A stretch of DNA of 57,410 nucleotides, the filler included, from Basidiobolus ranarum (taxonomy: Eukaryota), in NCBI GenBank assembly GCA_040143965.1. It is 7 parts of 7 records of this genome, joined end to end, with 100 filler letters (N's around TTAATTAATTAA, not from the genome) between each part and the next. Parts side by side here need not be neighbours in the genome. Positions count along the whole stretch, not along the records: positions 32,888 to 41,001 come from JASJQH010007893.1; positions 41,102 to 49,210 come from JASJQH010007894.1; 5 more parts are not named here. One strand, given 5' to 3'. This document shows positions 36,434 through 49,310 of the stretch, in pieces. The notes under the pieces are model-generated. The model worked only from the letters and a program-made list of their open reading frames with translations, was not told the DNA's origin and made no database searches. The position numbers and the translations under genes were made by a program. The stretch's first letter is position 1, and each line of letters opens with the position of its first letter.

Positions 36434-37188
36434 ATATGAGTGCATAGACCTATCAAGTTTAGCAAATTTAGCCAGGAGTCAAGCGCTTAAACTGCCTTGA
36501 TGTGTCCCTATGTACTGGGCTTATTGGATCTAGTCAATAGTATCCATCCATCTTCCATCTATTTTAACTTTGCTATGTCTAACCATTTTTGTAATAGAAA
36601 TACACCAATTTATAGATTGTTTCCCGAAATGTATATAAAACTCTGTCTATAAGTATTTAAATATAAATAAACACAAATCTAAACCAAACTATCTTATGCA
36701 TCTCTGCAGCAATAGAAAGGATAATCTACGCACTTGCTTCACTAGTTTATAGGGGCATTACTCTAGTGTTGAGAGACATCATACAGTTGCTCTTCAGTGC
36801 CTATTTATTAATACCAGCCATAAGCAGATCGTTGGAATACGTTTATACGACATGTCAACTCTGTCCCTACTCGGAAGAGTACACCAGTTCTTGGACAAAG
36901 GTCTGAAACACTGTTCTATCTGTATAGATTCTGTTTATTTGAACAAACGAAGGTTAGATCAGATTTCATCATTTTAAATGAGATAGTGGCTATCTGTCTC
37001 ATTGTATCCAAGCATACATTATGTCCAGATGCTGCTTTCTCTTTTGAACTATTCAGCACACTTCGAATATGCATGGTATTTATCACTATTGAACCGACAA
37101 CATCACTTTGGTGCAATATCAACTTTTATTTGAACAAGTACTTTTCAGATCAATGTTGCATTCAGAAGATAAGTACACAATGACGGTA

Positions 37189-38168
37189 TTAGTACTTTTC
37201 TTTGCTGGGACTCAGCTCCTCACGTCTCTGTCGAGCAATATTGTAGAATAGGGTGCCATCATACATTTGTCTGATGTGCTCCTTGTTTATCAAGCCACCG
37301 GTTTGAGTTAACAGATATAGAGCTCCCCATTCAAAGAAGGCAGCGAACCTGGTTGAATAACCTTATTAATACATTTTCCAGTAATGCTCACACAAGAGTT
37401 ATTACCATCCAAACGGGTCTCCAGCATTTCTAGCTCCTTTCAGCATATTAGTCATTTCCCAAAAATCGAGCGCGCTACGCTTGTTCACATCATATTTGCT
37501 AAACATTTCCTCAAATTTCTGAGGGACGAATCGGCCCTGTTTAGGAAGACGTTAGTGTTAGATAAAGAACGGTGGATAGAAACAGGGCTAACCTCAGTAT
37601 CATAGACTTCCTGGTCGGAACCGTGCTTGGCCTTATGAATATTTTTCGTGTAAATAATGAAAAAAGGGCTTGGGATGTACGAATCTTGGGTGGGATACGC
37701 TAAACCTCCATGGATAATAACAACTGCTAGGAGAGTGAATAGGAGATTGAAGCCCAATTCACGGAATCCTAGTTGCGCAAACATTAGAACTCAGTTACCA
37801 GGTATTCTGTAAACCAAGCACCTTACCAAGATATGTTCCATAAGGCGTTATCTTTCCGTCGCCGTTTCTATAAAGAACACCAATTAGATCTTTAGGACAC
37901 AAGAATGATAGCCAAGGTGCTTACTTGTCGAAAAAGTCCACATGTTGCTGCAGTACTGTGCGTGAAGGAATATTCTTTGAATTAGAACCATAGGGATTTT
38001 AATTAATCACGGCTTTTGACACACGTGGTTGTCCTTCAAAAAGTTTTAATATTGCATAGAGTAAGTTACTTGTCAGCCAAAGTTACCTGGGTTCTCAATC
38101 TTCTTCTCCAGATCGACGGGAAGTGGACGTTGACGTAATACATCCGGCAGATCGTTGTCGCTCGACAT
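37189..38168 (-). pseudogene. Caleosin / peroxygenase gene (6 exons) with one in-frame TAA in exon 2
   Basis: Spliced: MSSDNDLPDVLRQRPLPVDLEKKIENPGQPRVSKAVIN*NPYG...[33 protein letters not shown]...YPTQDSYIPSPFF...IHKAKHGSD...DTEGRFVPQKFEEMFSKY...DPFGWFAAFFEWGALY...YDGTLFY. The stop is at 38001-37999. Confidence 0.88.
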
Positions 38169-39217
38169 TTAATATGTTCACTTTTTGTATGGCGACCTGG
38201 ATGAACCATGATGCTTTATATAAGTACCAGACAAACGTCAGCAATCTATTTTGCCATTTTGGCAAGGCATGAGTGGCTTACACGTGAAAGTGGCTGTAAA
38301 AATCATCTGGAGATCAGTCACCCCCAGATATTAACTCTTATCTTTTTGTTGGTATATCTGACTTCTCTCCGGGATTGGCTTACCAATATCTGATACTAGA
38401 TTACGTAGGAGGATACTACGTTTCGTTCATCATCCAACACCAGAGACGTTGCTCAAGTGATTTCTTGATCGTACGAAGCCTGTCACTGTCATCTCAGGGA
38501 AGTCACCTGATAAAGCATATTAAACATTTAGGAAGATAGATTTTCAAAAAGCTCACTTCAGCACGTGTGCATTGATGATATTATATTGATTGTTCTTCCA
38601 CTTTACCATGCTGTGTTGCGTCCATGGCGACTTGAACTCAGTGGACTGCATACTATCCGTGCGCCGCAGCAAATTCTGGTGATGTAAAGCTTCTCTTTCT
38701 TCCGAGAATCGTGCGGCTGACTGTGACGTACTATATGCCATACCTGCTCAGGATCAATATGACTATGCACATCTAAGCCGAAAATCCAGTTTGGAGGTGG
38801 TTTACAGATGTCGGCTAGTGATATTCATAATTAATGCCAGTATGGTGCTATGCATCGAAGAATTTGTTCTAATCATGCGTCGTAAATAATTTCAAAATAT
38901 TTAATATGCTAAACGTGATCTATGAATTGGTAGGCCCTTAATTCTAATATTTCATCATTCATTTTGCCCAATAATTCTATTAAATATTGCGATTAAGGGC
39001 CAAAATATTGATATATCATATAAGACAAACATAATGTGCTTTGCTCAATGTTGCAAGTAAAAGTTGTATTAATTAACCAATATCTATCTCAAAACATTAA
39101 TAACAGATAACCCCAGTTTATATTCAGAGAAGCTGTGATTAGTGGAAACAGCTTTTTCAATATAGGATTACTTTATACTGGAAAAACTATATTTATTGCT
39201 CTTGATTGTGTGGAAAT

Positions 39218-40403
39218 TTTTGAAATTAGCATTGCCTAAGCTCCTAAACAGGTGTATATAGTTTAGTACTTAGTTATTCTATATTTCACTAAGATATTGC
39301 TCACTATTCTCAAGAGGAATTTACCTAGAATATATACAACAACTTAGAAGTTATAGATATAGAGATCTTTAAAGCTTGTGCTAGAAGCCCTGCACTTTGT
39401 AAATATGTTCCTGGGATCTTCCTTAGCATATTCTACATGTTTGTTTATTTACCTCTTGAATACAGTACATGTCAACTTTATGCTCAATAATTCAATAAGT
39501 GAAAACACCAGTTTCTCTGAAGTAAGCAATGCATAACTATCTGAAACAAAACTTTACTTCAGGTTGAAAAAGAAAAAAGTACCTTTAACACAATTTGTCT
39601 CAATGTTAAAAACAAATTGCTAATTCAATGTTCAAGAGTCAGAACTGCCAAGAAGGTATGGCAAGCCTTGGAAGACACTCACGAAACATTCTGCCAATAA
39701 GATACTTCTGAGACAACAATTCTTAGAATTAAAAATGAAGCCAGGAGAAGACTTGAAATCACCTTTATATATAGTCACTATTTTAATGCATAAAATAGAA
39801 TTACTGGAGTACACTGATTAGGATTTTACAGTTATAGTCCTGAATAGCTAGCCAGACAAGTTTCAGAGCTCACTAATTGCTCCAGGTTTCAGAATAAGTA
39901 TTTGACCTTGAAATATATATTGATCCAACCTTAAGAATGAAGAGAATGCTTTAATTGGCTATGCTTAACCTTCTTACACAGACAAAGCACTTTAAGTAGA
40001 AAGGTTACATACTCAGTGACTACTTTGACAGAACTGGTATTTACATAAAGATTGCAATGAGAATTGCATAAGAAGAAAAAGAGTGAATCTGGAAATGCTG
40101 TTACAGCAAATGATCATTGTTGATATCTGATCTATCTACAACTATGAACAAGAATTCTTGGATGCAGCATATTGTTTATTAAGCCTCCAAGCATTTTGCA
40201 ATTAAAAAACATTGGTTTGCAAATCATGAAAGATTCCCAATTATAAAGATTTTTGAAGGTGTTAGCTATACTTTGGATGCTTTTGGAATGCAAGCAATTC
40301 AAATCAACTTAGGGGGTATTTCTGAAGAGATATAGTATTATTTTAAAGATGCACTATATGTACCAGATACTGCAAAGAATTTAATATATGTCAGCAAGGC
40401 CAC
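39218..40403 (+). mobile_element. Heavily decayed copy of the same Ty1/copia family (LTR plus gag/protease relic with an internal deletion)
   Basis: 39218-39520 parallels LTR 21803-22110 (GAAATTAGCATTGCCTAAGC, CTTGTGCTAGAAGCCC). 39520-40403 parallels about 22310-23250. Confidence 0.85.
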
Positions 40404-40670
40404 TTTGGAAGGACTATATACAAACTTGATGAGACATAATGCATCATGCCTGATCCAAGTGGTAATTATTGAGCTTTTGGAGGAAACTATCAAAACTTGT
40501 AGAAACTCCTATATATGTAGGTATTGGGAAAATATGGGCTGTTTGGAGGAACTTGAGAAAAGTGAAGTTGTGAATAGCTTTGTTAGATAATTATTTATTG
40601 TCCAGAAATAAAGCATTTGTACATTTTGGTGGAAATACAGAAAACTAACGCTGGGGTTGTGTTCAGAACA
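40404..40670 (+). repeat. Possible LTR of a second retroelement family interrupting the copia relic
   Basis: Copia similarity stops abruptly. The segment has TATATAT, a downstream AATAAA, ends in ...AACA and is CpG-poor. No second copy in the window. Confidence 0.3.
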
Positions 40671-41001
40671 TCTGTGGAAGTAAAATGAGCTATGGTTGGG
40701 GAAATTTGGACAGGTTTGAAATTTCCAATATGGAATTGGTAATTCTCACATTATTCACATAATTTTATAATATATGTTCTGGTTTGCAGTTAAGTGATAT
40801 ATAACAAAGTAATGCTAACTAACTTATATGTGATATATAAAATAGTTAGATGTATAAAAATAGAGATAAAAAATATGATAAAGAAAATAATGTTGAAGTT
40901 TATTGTCTTTATCATATATGTTATCCCTATCTTTATACACCTAACTATTTCATATATCACATATTAGTTAATCAACATTATTTAGTCAAATATCACTTAG
41001 C

Positions 41002-41101
41002 NNNNNNNNNNNNNNNNNNNNNNNNNNNNNNNNNNNNNNNNNNNNTTAATTAATTAANNNNNNNNNNNNNNNNNNNNNNNNNNNNNNNNNNNNNNNNNNN
41101 N
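41002..41101. other. Artificial contig linker
   Basis: N-TTAATTAATTAA-N, 100 nt. Confidence 0.98.
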
Positions 41102-41345
41102 TACTTAGAATATTTTTACCAACTTAGAAGTTCTCAGATATATAGATTTTTCAAACTTGTGCTAGAAGCCCCAAACTTTGCACACATGTTCCTGGGACCT
41201 TTCTTAACATATCCTACACGTTAGTTTGTTTACATCTTGACAAAACTATAAATGTCAACTGAATACTCAATAAATCAAAAAGTGAAAAACACCAATTCCT
41301 CTAATTCTCCAAACCACTTCCAACAGGCTCCCAAATACTTTAACA
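41102..41345 (+). mobile_element. 3' part of a copia LTR (3' LTR or solo LTR)
   Basis: Closely parallels 21907-22150, ends TACTTTAACA and is not followed by the PBS. Confidence 0.88.
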
Positions 41346-42653
41346 CATTCATTTCCAAAATCACTGTAAGTATAGTCTCCATACGCATCCTTGGATCAAT
41401 TGATCCAAATTGATCATTGGTCCCATCACTCCTTGATAAGACTAAGGAGTCAGGGTAAAAGTAAATGTTACTTTATGTTTTTCTGTTTCTTGAAATTTCA
41501 ACATACATCCATGAGTATTATATAAGTATGAAGAGAAGGATAGCGGAATCCAACTGTCAACCCTCAATAGATGTCCTGTACCTGTTATTCCTTAACTACT
41601 TCCTAATTTTTGTCTTGAATTTTAAAATTACTAGGAACTATTTCTTCAACTTCTATAGCGGATAGACTGATATCGATATAATATATATAAGCACATCAGT
41701 ATGTATGTTTATCTTTGTTGAACATTTCTACAATATATCTAAAATATCCAAGACGCAAATTGTGAGTCAAGCTACACTGATAGAGGAATGCAGACATCAC
41801 GAAATGAATATCAGATTGAATATTGAGAATCTAATCAGTTTAAGGCCTGCTTTCCTTATCAATTAAGAAAATCTAGAGTATCATATAACTAAGCCTACTA
41901 TGAATTACACAATTGATATAATTCGTGCTAACTACAGGTTCACTGACACTTATAGTAATAACAAGTGGATGTCAAAATCACATATAACAAGTGGAAGCAC
42001 ACGGAAAGCAGTGATTTATGAGGAACATGAGAAGAGAATGTGTATAAGGATGTTCATATGCGAGAACTCTGAAATGGTTTGTATTGTTTGATTTCCATCG
42101 ACATCGGCCCTTTCTACCAAGTAAAGACTACTAATAGCCCTCTGTATTATACAATACTGGCATCCCGCATCTCTGCGTAGAAGCTTGCTACATTATCTAC
42201 ATGTTGATATATAGTTAACATACGGTATCCAATCTTTCGACAGTACAAATAGTGTTGAATCAATAGTATACTTTTGGAAAGTTCCGCTCTTCGTGTTTAA
42301 AATCAAGAAATTCGAAAGTTATATACAGATATTATTACCAGAGCATCTCGCTCAAAATGCCTAGCATTATGCTAGACAAACTATCGGAAGTTGTTAGCCG
42401 ATGCCGTCCCGTGTTCCATGGATGTGGATTCAATGCTGAAAATTTCCAGATTAGGGACTTTCTTTGCCTCATCAGGTGAAAAGCTAATCAGATTAAACAA
42501 ATTCAGGAATAAAAACAATCCAAATATATTTTATTTCTCCCGATTATTCTGGAAGTGGATAAATACGTTATATTGGAAAATTCTTCCACTATAAAGCAAA
42601 CGCGATCCCGCTCATCGCACCATACAATACAATACTTTACCAAATAATCCATC

Positions 42654-43229
42654 ATGACCAAACTCTTCCGTATTGCTGGTATTTGTGGTGCTCTTCGCAA
42701 GGACTCTTGGAACATGAAACTCCTTTTAGAGGCCAAGAGACTAGCTCCTGAAGGATCTGTGGTGGAAATTATTGATTGGTCTGAACTCCCAGTTTACAAT
42801 GGTGATCTTGAAGCAGAGCCACCCAAGTCAGTGGTAGATTTCAAAAACTCAATCGCTGCGTGTGATGCAATCATCATTGCTACTCCAGAATATAATTTCT
42901 CATTCCCCGGTGCACTTAAGAATGCCATCGACTGGGCCAGTCGTCCACTCGGTACTACAAACTCATTTGCTGGTAAAGCCTATGCATTGATGAGTGCTGG
43001 ACCCGGTGCATATCCTGGTTCTAGTGGTGGGCATCGTGCTCAACTTCATTTACAACAAGTGTTAAGTATTCTGGACACACACCTTGTTAGCTTGCCAATG
43101 ATTTGTGTTACCGGAGCTGGATCAGCTTTTGATGAAACCACAGGCAAATTGATTAGTGATAATACTCGTCAGAATATAGCTCTTAAGCTAAATAATTTGA
43201 TCAATCTGTCGAAGAAACTTCAGCACTAA
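42654..43229 (+). CDS. NAD(P)H-dependent FMN reductase (flavodoxin-like, ChrR/YieF/SsuE family), intronless
   Basis: Motifs GICGALRKDSWN, ATPEYNFSFPGALKNAIDWASRP and GGHRAQLHLQQV. TATA (CTATAAA) at about 42589. Confidence 0.92.
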   Translation: MTKLFRIAGICGALRKDSWNMKLLLEAKRLAPEGSVVEIIDWSELPVYNGDLEAEPPKSVVDFKNSIAACDAIIIATPEYNFSFPGALKNAIDWASRPLGTTNSFAGKAYALMSAGPGAYPGSSGGHRAQLHLQQVLSILDTHLVSLPMICVTGAGSAFDETTGKLISDNTRQNIALKLNNLINLSKKLQH

Positions 43230-44078
43230 TAAGCTGGCTCTACAAATGTATTAGAAGATTATTGCCTGAATATCTATAATAAATTATTACTATTACACTT
43301 TTTATGCTATTATTAAAGCAATAAGTACACGTGATGATAGTTACTTTGGATGTTGAAGAGAGCAGAGAAGCGTTGGCTATGGTAAAGCCATACCAATAGA
43401 AGACTTTTCAAGGGGAGCTGCTAGAAATAGGTTACAGACCATTGGAATATTATTAAACTATTTGAGATGAATGGGATGTGTCAAGGATGATTGGAATAAA
43501 TTGATAATTTGCACTTCATTTTGAAATTGAATGGTTAAGTTTCTGTTGGAAATGTCGAAAAGGTAGAGATTTCACGGGTTTTTAAGAAAGCCAAAATATG
43601 ACAAATATTCCGTTTTCGGTATAGCAGATATTAGGAACAAGCATAGTACATGAATGCTTTGTTATATCAACAAACATTAAGCCCTGCCAGTAAAGACAAG
43701 GTAATAAGTAATGTTTGGTGAAAATTGTAACCTGGTAGTTGAAGTATGTGTGTGATACATACTCTTCCCCTATAGTACAATACCTCGTTATTCTCTTGTT
43801 GATGTAAAAATATACGATTATCAATACTGCTTAGGAAATTTGAATACCATATTACTAAACCCTCTAGCCTGAGGAGATAATGAAATATTGAGACGAATAC
43901 TATATATTTAAAATATCTATTCTACAACAAGGTGCATTTACACAACGAATCCAGTATACGTCAAATAATGTTATTTTCAGAAATGTCTTGACACATTTAC
44001 TTGGAGGGTTTGTATAGATTGCGGCGTGAATACAGATCGAAAACATAAAATAGGATATTCTAAAGGCCCTATAGTGTC

Positions 44079-44731
44079 TTAATCATCTGATTTTTCATAG
44101 AGACAAAATTCATAGGGTATTCCATTTTCTTCAAGTAGTTTACGAGATAAAGTGGTATCAGTAAACTGTTCAAGGTTTTCAATGGGAAGTGAAGTAAAGG
44201 AGGGTGGAATCTCGGGGAAAAAAGTGTCACATTCAATGTTGGAATGAACTTTAGTGAGGATGATCCTCTTACAAAAGTTCGATTGTATACCTTGGTTATA
44301 AACCTCCCCACCTCCTATCAAAAAGACTCGGAATATATCAGTAGTCTTTTGAAGTTCCCCAAGTGCTTCTGAGAGGGAGGAATGAACTCTCACATCACTT
44401 AGACCTTCTGTCTGAACACTAGAATCAAACGAGTTCTTTATTTAGAGTGAAGAAAAAAGGAAAAGGGGTAAATTAGAACATACCGTAAATCCTTCGCATT
44501 TCTTGATAAAATTACGTTTAAACGGCCAGGTAAAGGTCTAAATTTCGCTGGGATAGACTCCCACGTTTTTCTTCCCATTATGACAGCGTTTTTTCTATTG
44601 GGTTCAGTTGAAGGTACAAAAGAGGTGACTTTTTTGAAGAAAGCCATATCTCCTTTGAGTCTCCAAGGTAAAGAACCGGCTTTACCTATACCATTATTTT
44701 GAGCAGTAGCGACAACGATGTTGAAATTCAT
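44079..44731 (-). CDS. DFR1: Dihydrofolate reductase, 2 exons
   Basis: MNFNIVVATAQNNGIGKAGSLPWRLKGDMAFFKKVT...NAVIMGRKTWESIPAKFRPLPGRLNVILSR; intron 44483-44419; VFLIGGGEVY...ECDTFFP. Confidence 0.96.
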
Positions 44732-45087
44732 TAGGAAGTCAAGACTATGTACATGGTTTCTTGCGGAAATGTTTATCATAATTTTAAAAATATTATAGGA
44801 ATATGTAAACAATATGAATATCATAATAATCGATCAATATTTAGACATGAAATGATGAGGAATTTTAGAGAGTTGCATATATATTTGTTTATGATAGTCA
44901 ATAAGTTAATTTATGTACAAAATTGAATAACGTCATAGCGCTATTTATAATGAGTATTCCAATCTAGTAACCGGTAAATAAGGTATTCTGAAGCTCTGTG
45001 CGCTATATAACAATGATGGGCAGTCAAAAAGATTCGCTTCTTTGGACCAATTGAACCCATTTTCAAAAGGGTACGTAACAGAGATCT

Positions 45088-46492
45088 TCAGCGACGACGC
45101 TTAGTGAAAGGTAAGTAATCAAATCTGTTGATGTGATACCACCGTTTGTTCTTTTCTACACCAGATGAATTATTGTTTAAAAGGTTTCTCGGACGAGCAT
45201 CAACTTTACAGAGTGGACATTTGTTGGATTTGGAAGTAAGCCACATATCTACGCACTTGGTATGAAAATCATGCTGGCAGGGTAACCTTCTAACTTGATC
45301 GCCGTCGCGAAAATCGTCAAGACAAACGGAGCAAACCGGGTGGATAGCGCTTTCATCACCAGATATCCGATCCAAAAGCGGGGTTTGAGAAGCAGTGCGA
45401 AGTTGAATGACAGGACTTCCCGACAGATAATTTACATTATTAGAACTCTCTTCGGGAATATTCACATTTTTAGGCTCCAGCTTGGTGAGCATCACCATCG
45501 GCTGAGAGGCATCGTCTCCCATATGGCTGGGATTATCATTCCTTCGCCATGAACGAACTGGAAAATCTTCCAAATGGATTTTTTGGAGAACCAAAGTTTC
45601 ACTAGTTCCAATAAAAGCAGTATGATGAGTTGAATTTTTCTTTAAATAACGTCGACGGTATCTTATAATCACTATATCAAGAATTGGAGTGGTTAGAATT
45701 TCTCCTAGTATAATATGAAAATATCTCTAATTACCAAAGAGAATGACTGAACATATAATAAGTGCTAATCCAATGATTATTGTGAGCTCCCAGACGCCTG
45801 GCTGGAACTTTCCATAAGGGATGATGGTTAAATTAAGATATCTCTTCCAATGTGACGTTGTATTTACTGGAGTGGAAGCCGAGTCAATATTCATTAAATC
45901 ATTGTACAACCGTTCTCCAACCTCCTTCGTCACAATAACAACTGGAATAGAAATGGAGGCCGGAAGTTTCAAATTTTCAACATCGATGGGTTGATTGTCG
46001 TAAATGATGGCGCCAATAGCAAGATCATCTTGTGCTCTATTAATCTTCCACTCCATTGTACAGTCATTTAGAGATAGAAGAGCTATGTGTTTTATGTGAG
46101 TAACATTTTCCGGCGCATTAGAAATCAAGGAAGCTTGACTTTGTACACAGGAATCAGCTTGAGAATATAATATTCCCTAAAAGTAGCGAATTAAAGGTTA
46201 GACCACAGATACTCCTGACTGATAAAAGGGTAATAATAAAATAAACCTGCAATCCCTCTGAAGGTGGAGCTGGTGAATCAGGTAAGAAGAAAATATCTTT
46301 CAAATATTCTACAGTTTTCGAGGTTTTATCTTGCTTAAACGAAGAGGAGTTGACTAAAACATAAACTACTTCCTGAATAATACTAGGTTTTCTGTCACTA
46401 AACAAAGGAGCAGGAGAAACCAGACTTTGGTGATGAAGTATTAAAAATGCAAGCAAGGTTACTAGCCAACAATGTTGAAGTCGCCAAACCAT
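45088..46492 (-). CDS. PA-TM-RING E3 ubiquitin ligase (RNF13/GRAIL/RMR-like), 3 exons
   Basis: Signal peptide; PA domain (IALL...KINRAQDDLAIGAIIYDN...ISIPVVIVTKEVGERL); transmembrane helix; RING-H2 CSVCLDDF...LPCQHDFHTKCVDMWL...CPLCK. Confidence 0.9.
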
Positions 46493-48306
46493 CAGAATAC
46501 TGTATGCTTATTATAGTAACGCTCGTGAGCTACTGACACTATTCCCGAAGTATGAAGAAAGAATCTTGAACGAGAGAAGCCAAGGATCATAGCATATATA
46601 TATGCAAAAAAACTAGCTCTGAAAGTGTAGACTTGAATATTACAATTTCTATATCAACTCTCAGTTTCCTATTGGTCTACCCATATAAGCTTATTTTCTA
46701 CATAACCAGCAAGAGGACGAATGGAATCGACAGGCGCCAAAGCTTATCTCAGTTAATATTTATCCCAGTGTACCTTCGATCATCACAGTTGTGATATCGA
46801 AGTTCATTTGTGTCTCCAAATTTGTTCGAGAGTTGTTTCTCAATGAATCATAGCTATGTGAAATTCCCTCGTCATATTGTACGAATTATGTTGTACAGCA
46901 GAATATAGAAATCTATCATAGAAACCGACTCCAATTATAGAGCGTCATTCAACTTGCTGTGCCCCGTGTCACTGTTAATCAATTTAAGCTTAATACCATT
47001 TGCTCCTTTCCATCAATTATCCAATTTTCTTCTTTCGCTCAATTTCTTTTTTACTCGTCAAATTCTTTCCTACACCAATGATCTGTGTAAATCCCTTCGA
47101 GTTGACACGCTTTGTTAATGCTAACATACTGAGTTATGGTAACTCTTAGTTTAAACTATATTTAACTTTTCAAAGACGGAGTCCATAAATGAGGTTCTTG
47201 GTGTTTAATATAATGATCATTACATGTACCAAATCCTATCCTGATCCGGAGTAACAACAAGAATCCAATGCTGTTCATCAGCAATTTAATTTCTGCAAGC
47301 CAGCTCGGCTAATTTCTACCAAGACAATGGGTTGTGGCAGCATCTTCTTAGACAATGCTTAAATCTGTTGCTCTCTCTAACATGAACATGAGGTTTTAGT
47401 GGAACTTCCAATTACGAGGAGATGAGTGACCCATGTCATCTCTATGAATTGGTACATCGAGGCTCCAAGCAGAGTGATAACAGTCTGGAAATCTCAATTG
47501 AGGCTGAGCTAAGTTTCCTCACATTGCACTATCAGACTTACAGAGTATCCCGTTAGTATTCTGGTGACTTGTAAAGGATCTGGATATCTAGCCTTCTGGA
47601 GAAGGCCCACTGAATGCAATAACAAACGTGGAAAACCATGCTATGCCATGATATCACACGTTCATGAGAGTATTGGCCATGAGTTTGTCATCATTACCTC
47701 TATATTGCCATACATGTTTATAGTGTCAGGTGCGACCTGATCAGTTGTTTTCACTCAAGAGTAGGGTATTCGCCAGTATTAAAGAGACACAGAGAGAGTT
47801 TTGGTATAGTAGAGTGGATCTATATTCCCAGTACGGTCTAATTCTAACTCCACTCGGGTAAACCTCAATCAGTTGGTGAGACATTTGATGTCGGCTAGAG
47901 ATGTGCAGCTACGGCACACGGAGCCTTGTCTGTCAAGACTAATTGACAACTGAAGCTATGCACACTCTAGAACACCGAACCATAGTGAGATAAAGGCATT
48001 CATGTCGTGTGTTGCGTATGTTGGGGAGACTAACCAGGCTAAATTCACAAGCAAGGAGTGAGTCTAATTACCATTTTATGCTCGCCCGATGAAACCGATT
48101 GTATGCAGCTAGGACTGGCCGCTCATCTGTCGCTCAAAAATCAGTTCTATATAAGCCTCACTCCTCTCGGTCCTCAATATTCATTAGCAAACAAACCAGC
48201 ATCATCGTTCTATTTCATTTCAATCCAATCCAATTCAAACATCTGTCCTGATCATTCAACGAAGCTCAGCGGTACTCATCAGTCAAATACAAACAAGAAG
48301 CCTAAC

Positions 48307-48678
48307 ATGACCTTTCTATCTATCTTCACCGAGTGCTACTCCGACAATACCGGATCACCTTCATCTTACAACAAATCACGTAGACCATCAGCCACTCCAC
48401 TACTCTCAAAGTCCAGCTTACCAGACATGCGTAGAGAGAGTAAAACTCCACTAGCCAAGTCAAAGTTATCCAAATTTTGTCTATCCAGATTTTGTATGAA
48501 AACCAACTCATCAGAATACGGGATCACTCTAGATTGTGGAAACAACCTAGATAAGGTTAGGGAGAAGATGCGAGAAGTAACCTTTGATGAGGTGATACAC
48601 CAAGGTTTCAAAGGAGCTCTTGGAAGTCCTCGACCCGTCACAGTCCAATGCACCTTAACCCCAGTTTTGGTTCGCTAA
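48307..48678 (+). CDS. Small hypothetical protein (123 aa)
   Basis: AACATG start downstream of TATATAA (about 48148) and a CAA/CAT-rich leader. S/K-rich sequence ending FDEVI...VTVQCTLTPVLVR. Confidence 0.6.
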   Translation: MTFLSIFTECYSDNTGSPSSYNKSRRPSATPLLSKSSLPDMRRESKTPLAKSKLSKFCLSRFCMKTNSSEYGITLDCGNNLDKVREKMREVTFDEVIHQGFKGALGSPRPVTVQCTLTPVLVR

Positions 48679-49210
48679 TATGGACGTTCTATTTGTTAAA
48701 AACTATACAAAACTTAACTTAGTAGACAATTTTAACGTCATGTCTCAACCTTTAATACCTTTAATGATTTTTGAATGCTGGGCATTCCGACAGTACTTTA
48801 ATTATAAAATAGCATCCATATAAACTATTACACTATCTACTCTACTAGTATTCACTCGCATTATCATCCAGTAATGAGTAACTCTACTTTAATCATTAGA
48901 TCGATTCATGGTTTCATCAAATATAAACAATAGAAATAATGGAAGGAAAATATCTTAAGTACTTAGACTCAGCATCAGTTTATTAATTTACTTAATATAA
49001 AATGACGAATCCATTCCAACAAGTCATTGATAATTTGATTCAATTTGATTGTTAAGAAAGATTATATCGGTAAATCTAGATGTAATAGACAAAATTATTC
49101 CAATCTCGCTAATGAAACCGTGAATTCCCAAAAATTTCGTAGTTTTATTGAATGTATATAATGTTCTGATTTTACGAAGTTAGAGTTAGAGAAGTGCCCA
49201 GCATTTTGTT

Positions 49211-49310
49211 NNNNNNNNNNNNNNNNNNNNNNNNNNNNNNNNNNNNNNNNNNNNTTAATTAATTAANNNNNNNNNNNNNNNNNNNNNNNNNNNNNNNNNN
49301 NNNNNNNNNN
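49211..49310. other. Artificial contig linker
   Basis: N-TTAATTAATTAA-N, 100 nt. Confidence 0.98.

Noticed and set aside
37485-37784. ORF-track 99-aa hydrophobic ORF as a stand-alone secreted peptide
   Set aside because: It is exon 4 of the caleosin gene plus intron read-through.
43887-43898. 12-nt match (ATTGAGACGAAT) to the reverse complement of the Fanzor-element terminal repeat
   Set aside because: Isolated, on another contig, with no CAGT terminus or neighbouring repeats; compatible with chance.
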